A stretch of 63,628 nucleotides of DNA, the filler included, from Octopus bimaculoides (lineage: Eukaryota), in assembly GCF_001194135.2 (NCBI RefSeq). It is 3 parts of 3 records of this genome, joined end to end, with 100 filler letters (N's around TTAATTAATTAA, not from the genome) between each part and the next. Parts side by side here need not be neighbours in the genome. Positions count along the whole stretch, not along the records: positions 1 to 30,942 come from NC_068992.1; 2 more parts are not named here. The stretch is one strand, 5' to 3'. Of the stretch, positions 1-11,566 are shown one piece after another. Below the pieces are notes generated by a model that made no database searches, was not told where the DNA came from, and worked only from the letters and a program-made list of their open reading frames with translations. Made by a program: the position numbers and the translations under genes. The number at the start of each line of letters is the position of its first letter. The first letter of the stretch is position 1.

Positions 1-72
1 TATATATATATATATATATATATATGCATATATTTATATATGTATATATAAATATTTCTATATGTATATATA

Positions 73-184
73 TCTGCCAAATCAGATTGGAGCCTGGTGT
101 AGCCATCTGGTTCACCATTCCTCAGTCAAATAGTCCAAGCCATACTAGCATGGAAAGCAGACGTTAAACGATGATGATGATGAT
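73..184 (+). mobile_element. 3' fragment of RTE-like (GAT)n-tailed interspersed repeat (family D here)
   Basis: ctgccaaatcagattggagcctggtg...catggaaagcagacgttaaacgatgatgatg. The same sequence recurs at about 5944, 10683, 11090, 17853, 20009, 23145 and 25838. Confidence 0.8.
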
Positions 185-251
185 ATGTGTATATATATAT
201 TTATGTATACATATGTGTGTATATATACATGTATATTTGTGTATATATATG

Positions 252-292
<41 letters not shown>

Positions 293-1031
293 GTATCGCT
301 TGGGTACACAAATCGCTATGATGTTTGGGTACCACATGATTTGAGTGAGAAGAACCTTTTGGAAAATCGGCATGAACTTTGCGGACAACCCAATAAATTG
401 TAATGTTTCACTCCCTCTTTTTCTCTCTCTCACTCTCTTTATCTGTACATGAATATATGTGTATGTGCGTGTGTGTCTGCCTCTAGTGTCAAAATGTACT
501 GTTACCTCAACAGACTGAATGTTCAGTCAGCCATACCAAACCATCTGCATCCAAACAGCTGCACCCAGTTGTCTCATCTTGATTATAATAACAGTAGGAA
601 AAAAAAAAAAAACACCACAGAGAGGAGACAATATAGTTGTGAGCCTCTTCATGTCAATGAGTTGACCTTAATTTGGACACCATCTTGGATGTCCCTGAGT
701 GTGTAGAAGCAGTTCTGTAGAGATGGGGGTTGAGGTTTCAGGTTATTATTTCTTCAACTATATTAATAGTTGAACAAACTCTTTGATTATATTATGGCTG
801 CCTTTAAGGAAAGTGCTAGTCCCAGAGAGGTACATTTCTGAAGAGCAACTCTTTCATCTATTCCTCATTGCATTACATAAAAATGTTATTGATCCATTCC
901 AATCCCCCTACTAACTCTGCCAAGTCACCGACCTTTTATCTTGTATCTTTTACTTCTTTCAGTCAGTGCACTGTGACCATGCTGGGGTACTGCCTTGAGT
1001 TACATTACCATCTTTTAATATTTCTTTTCAG

Positions 1032-1113
1032 TGACTTCATCCGTAAGTTATTTCCAGAGAATCTCAAGGATGCCAAGAAAGGGCGCCCGACAACTGCTGG
1101 GGGGAAAATTAAG
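1032..1113 (+). CDS. MYO1E: Long-tailed class I myosin exon, motor domain (DFIRKLFPENLKDAKKGRPTTAGGKIK)
   Basis: tttcttttcag acceptor and AAG|GTTTGT donor; 82 nt. Translation matches the MYO1E/F motif LFPEN..KGRPTTAG.KIK. The upstream exon lies outside the window. Confidence 0.95.
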
Positions 1114-1287
1114 GTTTGTTCGTTTGTTTATTTGTTTTTTCTTTTGTATTTTGTTATATCTTTTGTATCTATTTATGAATTTGTTTTGCAGGATTCTTGA
1201 TGTGGAACCATGTGTTGAAACAGACGTTGTTATACTTCAGGATGGTCATAGCCAAATAAACACACACTCTATATATTCGTTCTTCAC

Positions 1288-1440
1288 TTGTTTATTATTG
1301 TTCTTCTTTTATGCCCATTGTCTGGAAATCTTTCGTCACACACCTGTGACCTCTTCAGTGACTCTCCGTCCCACATATTTCATCCTGTTCTGTCTAGTCC
1401 ATCCAGACAATGGACATAAAATCAGAACAATAATAAACAA
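1288..1440. repeat. Inverted repeat, probable MITE; 39-bp arms (36/39 matched)
   Basis: 1288-1326 is the reverse complement of 1402-1440 apart from 3 mismatches. Confidence 0.8.
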
Positions 1441-1945
1441 ATGAACAATGAATATATAGTACATATGTTTATTTGGCAAGAAAGAAAAAACAATGACCAT
1501 CCAAAAATATAATATATTTTTTCTATTTTTTAAAATATTTTTTTTTATTTAAATTCTGATGTTATTGTTTTATCCCAAGACAGTCTTAAATGAACTGACT
1601 TACTCCATGATCAAAGATAAATCAGCCACAAGCATTTGGTCCTCTTTTCCCAATTGTAGAATTTCTATAATTACATTATTGAATTTGTCCATCTTGGGGT
1701 TTTTTATTGTTTTATTTTTTTTAGAGATATGAGAATTAAAAAAAAAATTTCAATTTTATAACATGAAGCAGAAAACATCAATCTTCAATTTTTGTTGAGT
1801 AGAGGGCCCCACTGATAATTCCTTAATTGAGCCCAACACTTCCTATCGCCAGCTCTGATAAAGAGGTATTCATATATTATTCCACATGACAATGACTGAT
1901 TGAGTTCTCACAATTTATATTCATGTATTCTTCTTAAATCTTCAG

Positions 1946-2052
1946 ACTCAGGCTAATTTATTGGTAGAGAAGTTAATGCAGTGTACACCTCACTATATCC
2001 GATGCATTAAACCAAATGAAACTAAAAAACCTTTTGACTGGGAAGAGAATCG
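1946..2052 (+). CDS. MYO1E: Myosin-I exon, motor domain ([36 protein letters not shown])
   Basis: ttcag acceptor and CG|GTAAGT donor; 107 nt. Contains the myosin motif [10 protein letters not shown] and is in phase with both neighbours. Confidence 0.97.
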
Positions 2053-2230
2053 GTAAGTTATAATTTTAGCGACCATTCTTATGATTATATGTTGTTGTTT
2101 AGCTGTTGGTCAGCTTAGAATCAAGCAAGTATTTGCTTAAAGGTATTTCCATCTTGACCATTTCGTTTATTTATACATTCAAGACTTTATTATACAGTGT
2201 GGCCTTCTATTTTTATGAAGAAAGTAAACT

Positions 2231-2276
<46 letters not shown>

Positions 2277-2289
2277 AGAATTTACGAAA

Positions 2290-2405
2290 AAACAACAACA
2301 GACGAGGACAGGTGGTATAAACAACAAAAGGATGTATTAGTTTAACGCTCGGGAATAGAGAAAGTCTTTAACGTTCCGAGCTACACTCTTCAACAGAAAG
2401 AAATA
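2290..2405 (-). mobile_element. Penelope-like terminal repeat fragment with hammerhead-like scaffold (copy 1)
   Basis: Minus strand reads TCTTT-CTGTTGA-A-GAG-TGTAG-CTC-GGAAC-GTT-AAAGA. A homologous copy lies at about 44085-44175. Confidence 0.5.
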
Positions 2406-2562
2406 AGGAGAAAAACAAGGAGAAAAAAATTTAAATGTTGTGGTCAGCGATCTATCATGGTGGTGGTGATAGTAGTGGCAGTGTATGTATGTATTGATGA
2501 AGAGTCAAACTATTGTTTATCGATATCTCTACATTATATCCTTATATCTTTTTTATTTTCAG

Positions 2563-2661
2563 TGTCGTTCACCAAATAGAATACTTAGGTCTTAAGGAGA
2601 ATATCAGAGTCCGACGTGCTGGGTTTGCTTACAGAAGAGAATTTCTCAAATTTATGAACAG
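2563..2661 (+). CDS. MYO1E: Myosin-I exon ([33 protein letters not shown])
   Basis: ttattttcag acceptor and AG|GTAAAG donor; 99 nt. [13 protein letters not shown](F/Y)AYRR is a class I myosin signature. Confidence 0.97.
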
Positions 2662-2709
2662 GTAAAGAATATACATGTATATTACTATGTACTCTATATT
2701 GTTTATGCT

Positions 2710-3018
2710 GATGTAATTGACTTAATCCCCTTGTCTGTCCTTGTTTGTCCCCTCTATGTTCAGCCCCTTGTGGGCAATAAAGAAATAAGAAACGTTTGCA
2801 CGCCGGGCGAAATACTGAGCGGTAATTCGTCTGCCGTTACGTTCTGAGTTCAAATTCTGCCGAGGTCGACTTTGCCTTTCATCCTTTCTTGGTCGATAAA
2901 TTAAGTACCAGTTACGCACTGGGGTCGATATAATCGTCTTAATCCATTTGTCTGTCCTTGTTTGTCCCCTCTATGTTTAGCCCCTTGTGAGCAGTAAAGA
3001 AATAAGAAACATTAGCAT
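2710..3018 (+). mobile_element. tRNA-derived SINE family A as a head-to-tail array (tail + body/tail + start of head)
   Basis: B-box-like GTTCAAATTC, central cctttcatcctttc..ggtcgataaattaagtacc, and ...cccttgtgggcaataaagaaata tail. The unit recurs elsewhere in the window. Confidence 0.85.
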
Positions 3019-3429
3019 TGCTTTTTAGACATTTTAGTAAGCACTTGTCTAATAAGTTTTGAGACAATCTAAAGTTTTTGCAACCAGATCAAATGGAACA
3101 TTAAACTCTTTGCCTGACAGAAGCATTTTCAACAAGTATGTCCTAAATGTCCATGTTTTTTTTTTCAGTCTTTTACTTAGCTCTTGTTCCGTTCGTTCTG
3201 AGTGATATAAAGGCAGAGAAAGGGTTAGAAGCATCAATCACATCACTCTCAGAGATCCATCAAAAAGTCATGGGTACAATCCTGATATCTAGGCCAATCA
3301 AAAAGAAGATAATCCCACTGAAAATGGTAATCACATCATTTACTCTTCAATAATTCTTCAAGCTGGATGGTTCTCCTCTGAGTCAACTTCAACTCACTGA
3401 CATTTTGATAATCTTGTTAAAAATCTTGA

Positions 3430-3450
3430 TGGTAATGGTGATGGTGGTGG

Positions 3451-3516
<66 letters not shown>

Positions 3517-4140
3517 CCTGACTATAACAATGATGATAGTGCTGTTAATGATGGTGACAATGATGATGATGATGTTGTTGATATTAATGAAGGCTATAAT
3601 GATGATGATGGGCATGATGACGATGACGACGATGACGATGACGATGATGATGTTGTTGATTTTAATGAAGGCTATAATGATGATGATGGGCATGATGACG
3701 ATGACGATGACGATGACGATGATGATGACGATGATGTTGGTAGTAATGACAACGATGATGATAATGGTAATGAAGACGATGGTGATGAACATGATGACAA
3801 CGATGACGGTGGCGATGACGACAATGACGACAACAACAATGACAACTTCGATGATGAAGGTGGTAGTGGTGGGGGTAGTGATAATGATAACGACCATGAC
3901 AATGATGGTAGTGAAAGCGATGGTGATGGACATGACGATGACGACGACAACAATGACAACGATGACGATGTTGATAATAATGATGGTGATGACAACGATC
4001 AATGTGATAATTGGGATGATGACAATGATGATGGAGATGATAGTGCTGGATAATGAGGATGCTGATAGTAATGATGGTGATGATGCTGGTGTTGATGATG
4101 ATGATGGTCATGATGATAATGATGATATTATAGATGATGC
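3430..4140. repeat. (GAT)n-based low-complexity tract with an internal ~78-bp tandem duplication (about 3570-3730)
   Basis: Visible GAT/GAC/GGT triplet repeats inside a myosin intron. Confidence 0.9.
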
Positions 4141-4224
4141 TCCAAGAATCTGTAGGGATGGTCAGATTTTATTTTTTACCCTCTCATCTTACCATTCTTA
4201 AACGATGCTCTCTTTTGTCAACAG

Positions 4225-4369
4225 ATACGCCATTCTCACTCCTGAAACTTGGCCTCAATGGAGAGGAGATACTCTTCGAGGCATCAAACATCTGATGGAC
4301 TCTGTGAATATATCACCAGACCAATTCCAGTTGGGAACAACCAAAGTTTTCATAAAAAATCCTGAATCG
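4225..4369 (+). CDS. MYO1E: Myosin-I exon, converter region ([48 protein letters not shown])
   Basis: tgtcaacag acceptor and TCG|GTAAGA donor; 145 nt. Contains the G.TKVFIK.PES motif. Confidence 0.97.
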
Positions 4370-4496
4370 GTAAGAAACATATTTGAATAGATTTGAAAAT
4401 TTGGAAAGAAATATTGAAGCCAAAACAAAAAAATTTCCTTAGTTGTGACTGAAATGGTTGGAATTAAACAAATTAATGAAATTTGCATACATTCAT

Positions 4497-4650
4497 GAAG
4501 GCACATGGCCTAATGGTTAGGTGTTGCACTTGTGATCTCTAGATCATGGGTCTGATTCCCAGATTGAGCAGCACATTGTGTTCTTGAGCAAAACACTTCA
4601 TTTCATGTTGCTCCAGTCCACTCAGCTATAAATGGATTACCATCTGATAG
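4497..4650 (+). mobile_element. tRNA-headed CORE-like SINE fragment (family E)
   Basis: catggcctaatggttagg...gattcccaga...ttgtgttcttgagcaaaacacttcatttcatgttgctccagtccactcagct. Related copies at 36160 and 48415. Confidence 0.7.
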
Positions 4651-4674
4651 TCTGGTTGATTATGTACTCACATA

Positions 4675-5571
4675 TGAGGTCTGATCATTAAGTATCCGGA
4701 CTGTTGCCATAATAACAACGCTAAAGCATGCAGAGTGAAGCCACTTGGCACAGATTGACTTTGAACTCTGCTGTGCATGTACACTAAGTTCTAACATTCT
4801 AGCTCACTTCCGCTGTTTACAGCAATGTTTGGAAGGAAGGTGTGTAGTGTGTGATCGTTGCATTGCTCATGACAGAGAAAGCTTTCATGGTGATACCTGC
4901 TCAGAGGCCTATGCAAAGTTGCAGGAAGTGTATGGAGAGGAGTATTTAAGCTGCACAAAAATGTATGAGTGGTTCAGACTTTTCCAAGATGGCTGAAAAA
5001 ATGTTGAAAGTGATGAACGTTCTGGGGGACCCACAATTAGCAGAACTGAGAAAAATATTACAGATGTGCATGCAGCTGTGAGGGGAAATTGTTGAATCAC
5101 CATCTGTAAGTTATCAGAGAATGTGCGGACTAGTTATGGTTCAGTTCAGTCCATTACCACTGGAAGATTTGCATATGAGACATGTGCCTGCAAAATTTGT
5201 GTCAAAACTGCTTTTAGCTCACCAAAATGAAACACGGGTTTCAGTTGCACAATATCTCCTTGATTGTGTCAAGAATGAGGAAAAGGTTTTTGAAAACTTT
5301 GCATAGGCCTCTGAGCAGGTATTGCCAAGCGTTTTGCAAAATTTGATGCAGATTCTCTGCTCAACTTTCTCTGCCAAGGTCAATTCAGCAATCATATGCT
5401 ACACATCTTCCTTCCAAGCACTGCTGTAAACAATAGAAGTAAGCTAGAATGTTAAAACTTAGTGTGCATACACAGCAGAGTTCAAAGTCAATCTGTGCCA
5501 AGCATCTTCACTCTGCGTGCTTTAGCTTCGTTACTATGGCAACAGTCAGGATACTTATTGATCAGACTATG
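4675..5571 (+). mobile_element. Non-autonomous mariner derivative with long inverted arms and a decayed N-terminal transposase (HTH) fragment
   Basis: TA at both flanks. 4675-4920 is inversely repeated at 5295-5571. Internal translation SEAYAKLQEVYGEEYLSCTKMYEWFRLFQDG*KNVESDERSGGP...MRHVPAKFVSKLL matches mariner HTH motifs. Confidence 0.88.
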
Positions 5572-5943
5572 TACATTCATTTATGGCAGCTGTCAACTTA
5601 TAGACAAATTTGACCATCACTGACAAATTATCTTATCCTGTTAAACCATCCGACCAATAGAAGATGGATGTTAAATGATGATAATAATGATGGTTTCTCT
5701 GCCCATCTCCCTTCATACTTTAACACCCAAAAAGCACTGGTGATGGTGCCACATAAAAAGCACTGGGGCTGGTCCCACTGATGATGATGCTACACAAAAA
5801 GCATCCAGTACACTCTATAAAGCGGTTGGTGTTAGGAATGGTATGCAGCTGTAGAAACCAGTCCATAACAGATTATGGAACCTGGTGCAGATCCTAACCG
5901 TGCCAGCTCCTGTCAAACCACCCAACCCAACCCATGCCAGCAT

Positions 5944-6335
5944 CATCATCATCATCATCATCATCATCGTTTAACGTCCGCTTTCCATGCTAGCATGGGT
6001 TGGACGATTTGACTGAGGACTGGTGAAACCAGATGGCTACACCAGGCTCCAATCTGATTTGGCAGAGTTTCTACAGCTGGATGCCCTTCCTAACGCCAAC
6101 CATTCAGAGAGTGTAGTGGGTGCTTTTACATGTCGCCCGCACGAAGGCCAGTCAGGCGGTACTGGCAACGGCCACGCTCAAAATGGTGCATTTTATGTGC
6201 CACCCGCACAAGAGCCAGTCCAGGGGCACTGGCAACGATTTCGCTCGAAAATCCCACGAAGGCCAGCCAGGCGGCACTGGCAACGGTCACGCTCAAAATG
6301 GTGCACCCCATGTGTCACCCGCACAAGAGCCAGTC
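5944..6335 (-). mobile_element. Family D element with internal tandem subrepeats, nested in an older + strand family D copy (about 5720-5943 and 6336-6372)
   Basis: (CAT)n tail at 5941-5968. The older copy's cccatgccagcat|ggaaaacag is split by the insertion. Confidence 0.8.
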
Positions 6336-7543
6336 CATGGAAAACAGATATCAAATGATGATGATGATGATGTATGAATATATATATGTGTGTGTGTGTG
6401 TGTGTATGGGAGCATGTCTCTCTGTGTTCATGTTTATGCCATTTTGTAACCGGTCTACTGTAACTAAGTGCTTTGACAAAAAAAGGAATTTGATAAAACG
6501 AGTAGCAGGACTCCAAAACAAGTATGGCATCAAATACGATCAACTGAATATTACAACTTTGGTGCCCCAGCATGGCCACAGTACTCCTATGTTTGAAACA
6601 AGTGAAAGAATAAAATAACACACACGCACAAACACACACACACACGCACATGCGTACATACACGCAAAAACAATGGAATTTATAAAATAATATAAACTCT
6701 GCAAAATTAAAATATAGATAACGAACCTTAATTAGATTTTAAAAGANNNNNNNNNNNNNNNNNNNNNNNNNNNNNNNNNNNNNNNNNNNNNNNNNNNNNN
6801 NNNNNNNNNNNNNNNNNNNNNNNNNNNNNNNNNNNNNNNNNNNNNNNNNNNNNNNNNNNNNNNNNNNNNNNNNNNNNNNNNNNNNNNNNNNNNNNNNNNN
6901 NNNNNNNNNNNNNNNNNNNNNNNNNNNNNNNNNNNNNNNNNNNNNNNNNNNNNNNNNNNNNNNNNNNNNNNNNNNNNNNNNNNNNNNNNNNNNNNNNNNN
7001 NNNNNNNNNNNNNNNNNNNNNNNNNNNNNNNNNNNNNNNNNNNNNNNNNNNNNNNNNNNNNNNNNNNNNNNNNNNNNNNNNNNNNNNNNNNNNNNNNNNN
7101 NNNNNNNNNNNNNNNNNNNNNNNNNNNNNNNNNNNNNNNNNNNNNNNNNNNNNNNNNNNNNNNNNNNNNNNNNNNNNNNNNNNNNNNNNNNNNNNNNNNN
7201 NNNNNNNNNNNNNNNNNNNNNNNNNNNNNNNNNNNNNNNNNNNNNNNNNNNNNNNNNNNNNNNNNNNNNNNNNNNNNNNNNNNNNNNNNNNNNNNNNNNN
7301 NNNNNNNNNNNNNNNNNNNNNNNNNNNNNNNNNNNNNNNNNNNNNNNNNNNNNNNNNNNNNNNNNNNNNNNNNNNNNNNNNNNNNNNNNNNNNNNNNNNN
7401 NNNNNNNNNNNNNNNNNNNNNNNNNNNNNNNNNNNNNNNNNNNNNNNNNNNNNNNNNNNNNNNNNNNNNNNNNTATATATATATGTATGTATGTATGTAT
7501 ATATATATAAATATATATACATAAGAACAAAGAGATTCAAGTC

Positions 7544-7602
<59 letters not shown>

Positions 7603-8278
7603 TAATAATAGCGATAGTAACAATAACAATAGAACAATAACAATAATGATGATGATGATGATGGTAAATATGAAACTGTCAACAATAACTCATGCCAGGA
7701 ATTTGGGGTTTATTTCTGAATATATTAGTAGTGAATCAGTCAATATATATTTTGGGTAGGGTGTTGAATCTGGGTTATTAGTGGCGGGTGTGGTGTTGAG
7801 ACTAGAAGTATTGACGGAATGTGGAGCTATCTTGGGTATAGAGAGTGTATGTGCGATGGCGAGTACGAAGCAGATATGTGCGTGGGGTATAATATTTCTG
7901 GGTCCAGATATGCATTGTCATGTCAGATCTGGGGTAGCGTGTAAGGTGTAAGCGTGTACTGTGGAATGTTAGGATGTTACTTGGGTGTGGTGTTGTGTGA
8001 GGTCATATGATATCATCATAATTGTTTTAATGTCTTCTTCAAAAATGCTTGTATGTGTCGGGTGAAGTTTATGGAGGCAGATTTTTTTGTATGGCTGGAT
8101 GCTCTTCCAGTTACCCTCCTTCAACTTGCTTCCAAGTGAGGTTATATTTCTCCAATGGCTGGACACGTTCTTAAGGAATATCAAAAATGAACGACACTGC
8201 TGGTATGACAGTGGAAATCACTTTACAGCATTAACATGATATCAAAACAAGGAGACACACACACACACACAAATACAC

Positions 8279-8507
8279 GGCGAGCTGGCAGAAACGTTAG
8301 CACACCGGACGAAATGCTTAGCGATATTTCGTCTGCCGCTACGTTCTGAGTTCAAATTCCGCCGAGGTCGACTTTGCCTTTCATCCTTTCGGAGTCGATT
8401 AAATAAGTACCAGTTACGCACTGCGGGTTGGTATAATCAACTTAATCCGTTTGTCTGTCCTTGTTTGTCCCCTCTGTGTGTAGCCCCTTGTGGGTAGTAA
8501 AGAAATA
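8279..8507 (+). mobile_element. SINE family A, full-length
   Basis: ggcgagctggcagaaacgttagc head, GTTCAAATTCC B-box and aaagaaata tail. Confidence 0.88.
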
Positions 8508-9912
8508 ACACACATACCACCCCNNNNNNNNNNNNNNNNNNNNNNNNNNNNNNNNNNNNNNNNNNNNNNNNNNNNNNNNNNNNNNNNNNNNNNNNNNNNN
8601 NNNNNNNNNNNNNNNNNNNNNNNNNNNNNNNNNNNNNNNNNNNNNNNNNNNNNNNNNNNNNNNNNNNNNNNNNNNNNNNNNNNNNNNNNNNNNNNNNNNN
8701 NNNNNNNNNNNNNNNNNNNNNNNNNNNNNNNNNNNNNNNNNNNNNNNNNNNNNNNNNNNNNNNNNNNNNNNNNNNNNNNNNNNNNNNNNNNNNNNNNNNN
8801 NNNNNNNNNNNNNNNNNNNNNNNNNNNNNNNNNNNNNNNNNNNNNNNNNNNNNNNNNNNNNNNNNNNNNNNNNNNNNNNNNNNNNNNNNNNNNNNNNNNN
8901 NNNNNNNNNNNNNNNNNNNNNNNNNNNNNNNNNNNNNNNNNNNNNNNNNNNNNNNNNNNNNNNNNNNNNNNNNNNNNNNNNNNNNNNNNNNNNNNNNNNN
9001 NNNNNNNNNNNNNNNNNNNNNNNNNNNNNNNNNNNNNNNNNNNNNNNNNNNNNNNNNNNNNNNNNNNNNNNNNNNNNNNNNNNNNNNNNNNNNNNNNNNN
9101 NNNNNNNNNNNNNNNNNNNNNNNNNNNNNNNNNNNNNNNNNNNNNNNNNNNNNNNNNNNNNNNNNNNNNNNNNNNNNNNNATTTTAGTGGTATGGTTTAC
9201 TAAAATTGACTTGAAACCATGGTACAGAATACAGATTGGTAAATGTTTTTATTTTTCATTCCCTTTCGAAATTATCCCTAATTTTGTGGTATGTAGTCTT
9301 TTGCTGCTATTTCTAGCAGGTTAGATGTCCTATTATAGGCATCTCTGCATTTTAAATGAATAATACATAGTCTATTGACTGTTTTTTACTCTCGCTAGAC
9401 CACTGGTGGTAAATAAAATTTCTAAAATTTTTTTGCTACCCTATAATTTATTAATATATGTATGTATATATATATATATATATGCATACACACACACAAT
9501 AGATTTCTTTTGGTTTTCTTCTACCAAATCCATTCACAAGGCTTTGATCAGCATGGGGCTGTAGCTGAAGGTATTTGCCCAAGGTGCTGTGCAATGGGAT
9601 TGAACCCAATGCCACGTGGTTTAGAAGCAAAGCAAACCTCTTACCACACAGCCATGCCTGTGTCTATTGTTTAAGATTGTTTTAAAATTATTTTTAAAAT
9701 TACAAAATAATTATTTTAAGCAATAAAAGAAAATTGCTTAAAGAACTTTTTTAGTGCCTACCATATTAAATATATTGCCATTTTCTAAATTATAATAGTA
9801 ATACCAAACCAGACAACTAATCTGTAGTGTATTAAAGACATAATGTATTATAAGAGTGTTATAAAAGACAGAATAATTTCTGTGTTGAAGAGTTGTCTTT
9901 TCTTTATTTCAG

Positions 9913-10027
9913 TTGTTCTTATTGGAAGAAGTCCGGGAGAGAAAGTTTGACAAATATGCTCGAGTTATACAGAAGGCATTCCGTAAATATTATGCTAAAA
10001 ACCAATACTACAAGCAAAGATTAGAAG
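9913..10027 (+). CDS. MYO1E: Myosin-I exon, end of motor plus single IQ motif ([38 protein letters not shown])
   Basis: tttatttcag acceptor and G|GTATAT donor; 115 nt. [11 protein letters not shown] is an IQ motif. Confidence 0.96.
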
Positions 10028-10459
10028 GTATATCTACATATTGTTGTTGTTGCTGTTGTAGTTGTTGTCAATTGTGTTGGTGTATGGTCATGGAGTGAAG
10101 TGCTACGCAATGTGGTACAGGAGTGTGTTTTAGTTGCGGGTGGTGGTATGGTTGTGCTTGCTCTGTGTGTTGTGTGATGATGTTGATGGTGATAGTGGTG
10201 GTGGTGGTGGTGGTGGTTTGCAGATGACTTTCTCTCTTGCTGTCATCTGACTTGGAGACCATTAGAAATAAGAAAATAAAAGGCTATGGGTGTCAACCTT
10301 CCTTCCTTAAATAACTGATTAAAAAACATGTTACAAATGGTTAAACAATTAAATGATTAAAAATTTTCAAAAAGGGTTCAAATGTTTAAAAATACTGAGT
10401 TCAAATCCTGCTGAGGTCAACTTTACCTTTCATCCATTTGGATTCCATAAAATAGGAAT

Positions 10460-10613
10460 GGCTTTGTGAAAAGTAGCTTGCTTACCAACCACATGGTTCT
10501 GGGTTCAGTCCCACTGCGTGGCACCTTGGGCAAGTGTCTTCTACTATAGTCTCGGGCCGACCAAAGCCTTGTGAGTGAATTTGGTGGACGGAAACTGAAA
10601 GAAGCCCGTTGTA

Positions 10614-10684
<71 letters not shown>

Positions 10685-10975
10685 GTCCTCAGTCAAATCG
10701 TCCAACCCATGCTAGCATGGAAAGCGGACATTAAACGATGATGATGATGATGATGATATATGTATGTGCTTGTTTGACTGTGTTTGTCCCCCCAACATCG
10801 CTTGACAACCGATGCTGGTGTGTTTACGTCCCTGTAACTTAGCGGTTTGGCAAAAGAGACCAATAGAATAAGTACTAGGCTCCCAAAGAATAAGTCCTGG
10901 GGTCGATTTGTTCGACTAAAGGGGGTGCTCCAGCATGGCCACAGTCAAATGACTGAAACAAGTAAAAGAGTGAAA
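10460..10975 (+). mobile_element. CORE-like SINE family B with an internal (TA)n that carries a nested family D fragment (10683-10757)
   Basis: ggttcagtccc B-box, ccttgggcaagtgtcttc CORE-like motif and ...gaaacaagtaaaaga tail. Family D 3' end with (GAT)n sits inside. Confidence 0.8.
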
Positions 10976-10979
10976 GAGT

Positions 10980-11013
<34 letters not shown>

Positions 11014-11566
11014 GAGCAGTGGGGTTGATGTAATTGACTTGCTACTCCTGTCAAAATTCCTGGCCTTGTACCAAAATTTGAAACCTTACTCATCATCATC
11101 ATCATCATCATCATAATTCAATGTCTGTTTTCCATGCTGGCATGGGTTGGACAGTTTAATAGGAGCTGGTCACCCGAAGAGCTGCTCAGGCTCAATATCT
11201 GTTTTGGCCGGTTTCTAAGGCTGGATGCCCTTCCTAACACCAACCTCTTTACAGCGTGTACTGGGTGCTTTTTACGTGGCACCGGCACCCACTATTACTA
11301 TTACTGTTATTTACTATTAATTAATGAATGAGGGAATGAATTTATTTATTTATTAATTATTTATTTTTCTAATTTCCATTTGTATATCCTTTTGTTATCT
11401 CTTTTAATGTTGTAGTGTCTCTCCTCGATCGACGTAAACCCCACCTGTTTTGTGTATTGTATCATGTCCTTTGATGTTGTCCTTCACATCTTTGGCCCTT
11501 GTGACCAATAAAAGAAATAATTATTAATATTATTATTATTATTATTTTCCTTGCTATTACAAACAG

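Noticed and set aside
3030-3400. Minus-strand DVITIFSGIIFFLIGLDIRIV resembling a channel transmembrane segment
   Set aside because: Interrupted by stops, no splice support, and a short hydrophobic match is expected by chance in AT-rich DNA.
3394-4201. Long Met/Ile/His/Ser-rich ORFs on both strands
   Set aside because: They are translations of a (GAT)n intronic tract; triplet repeats stay open in several frames.
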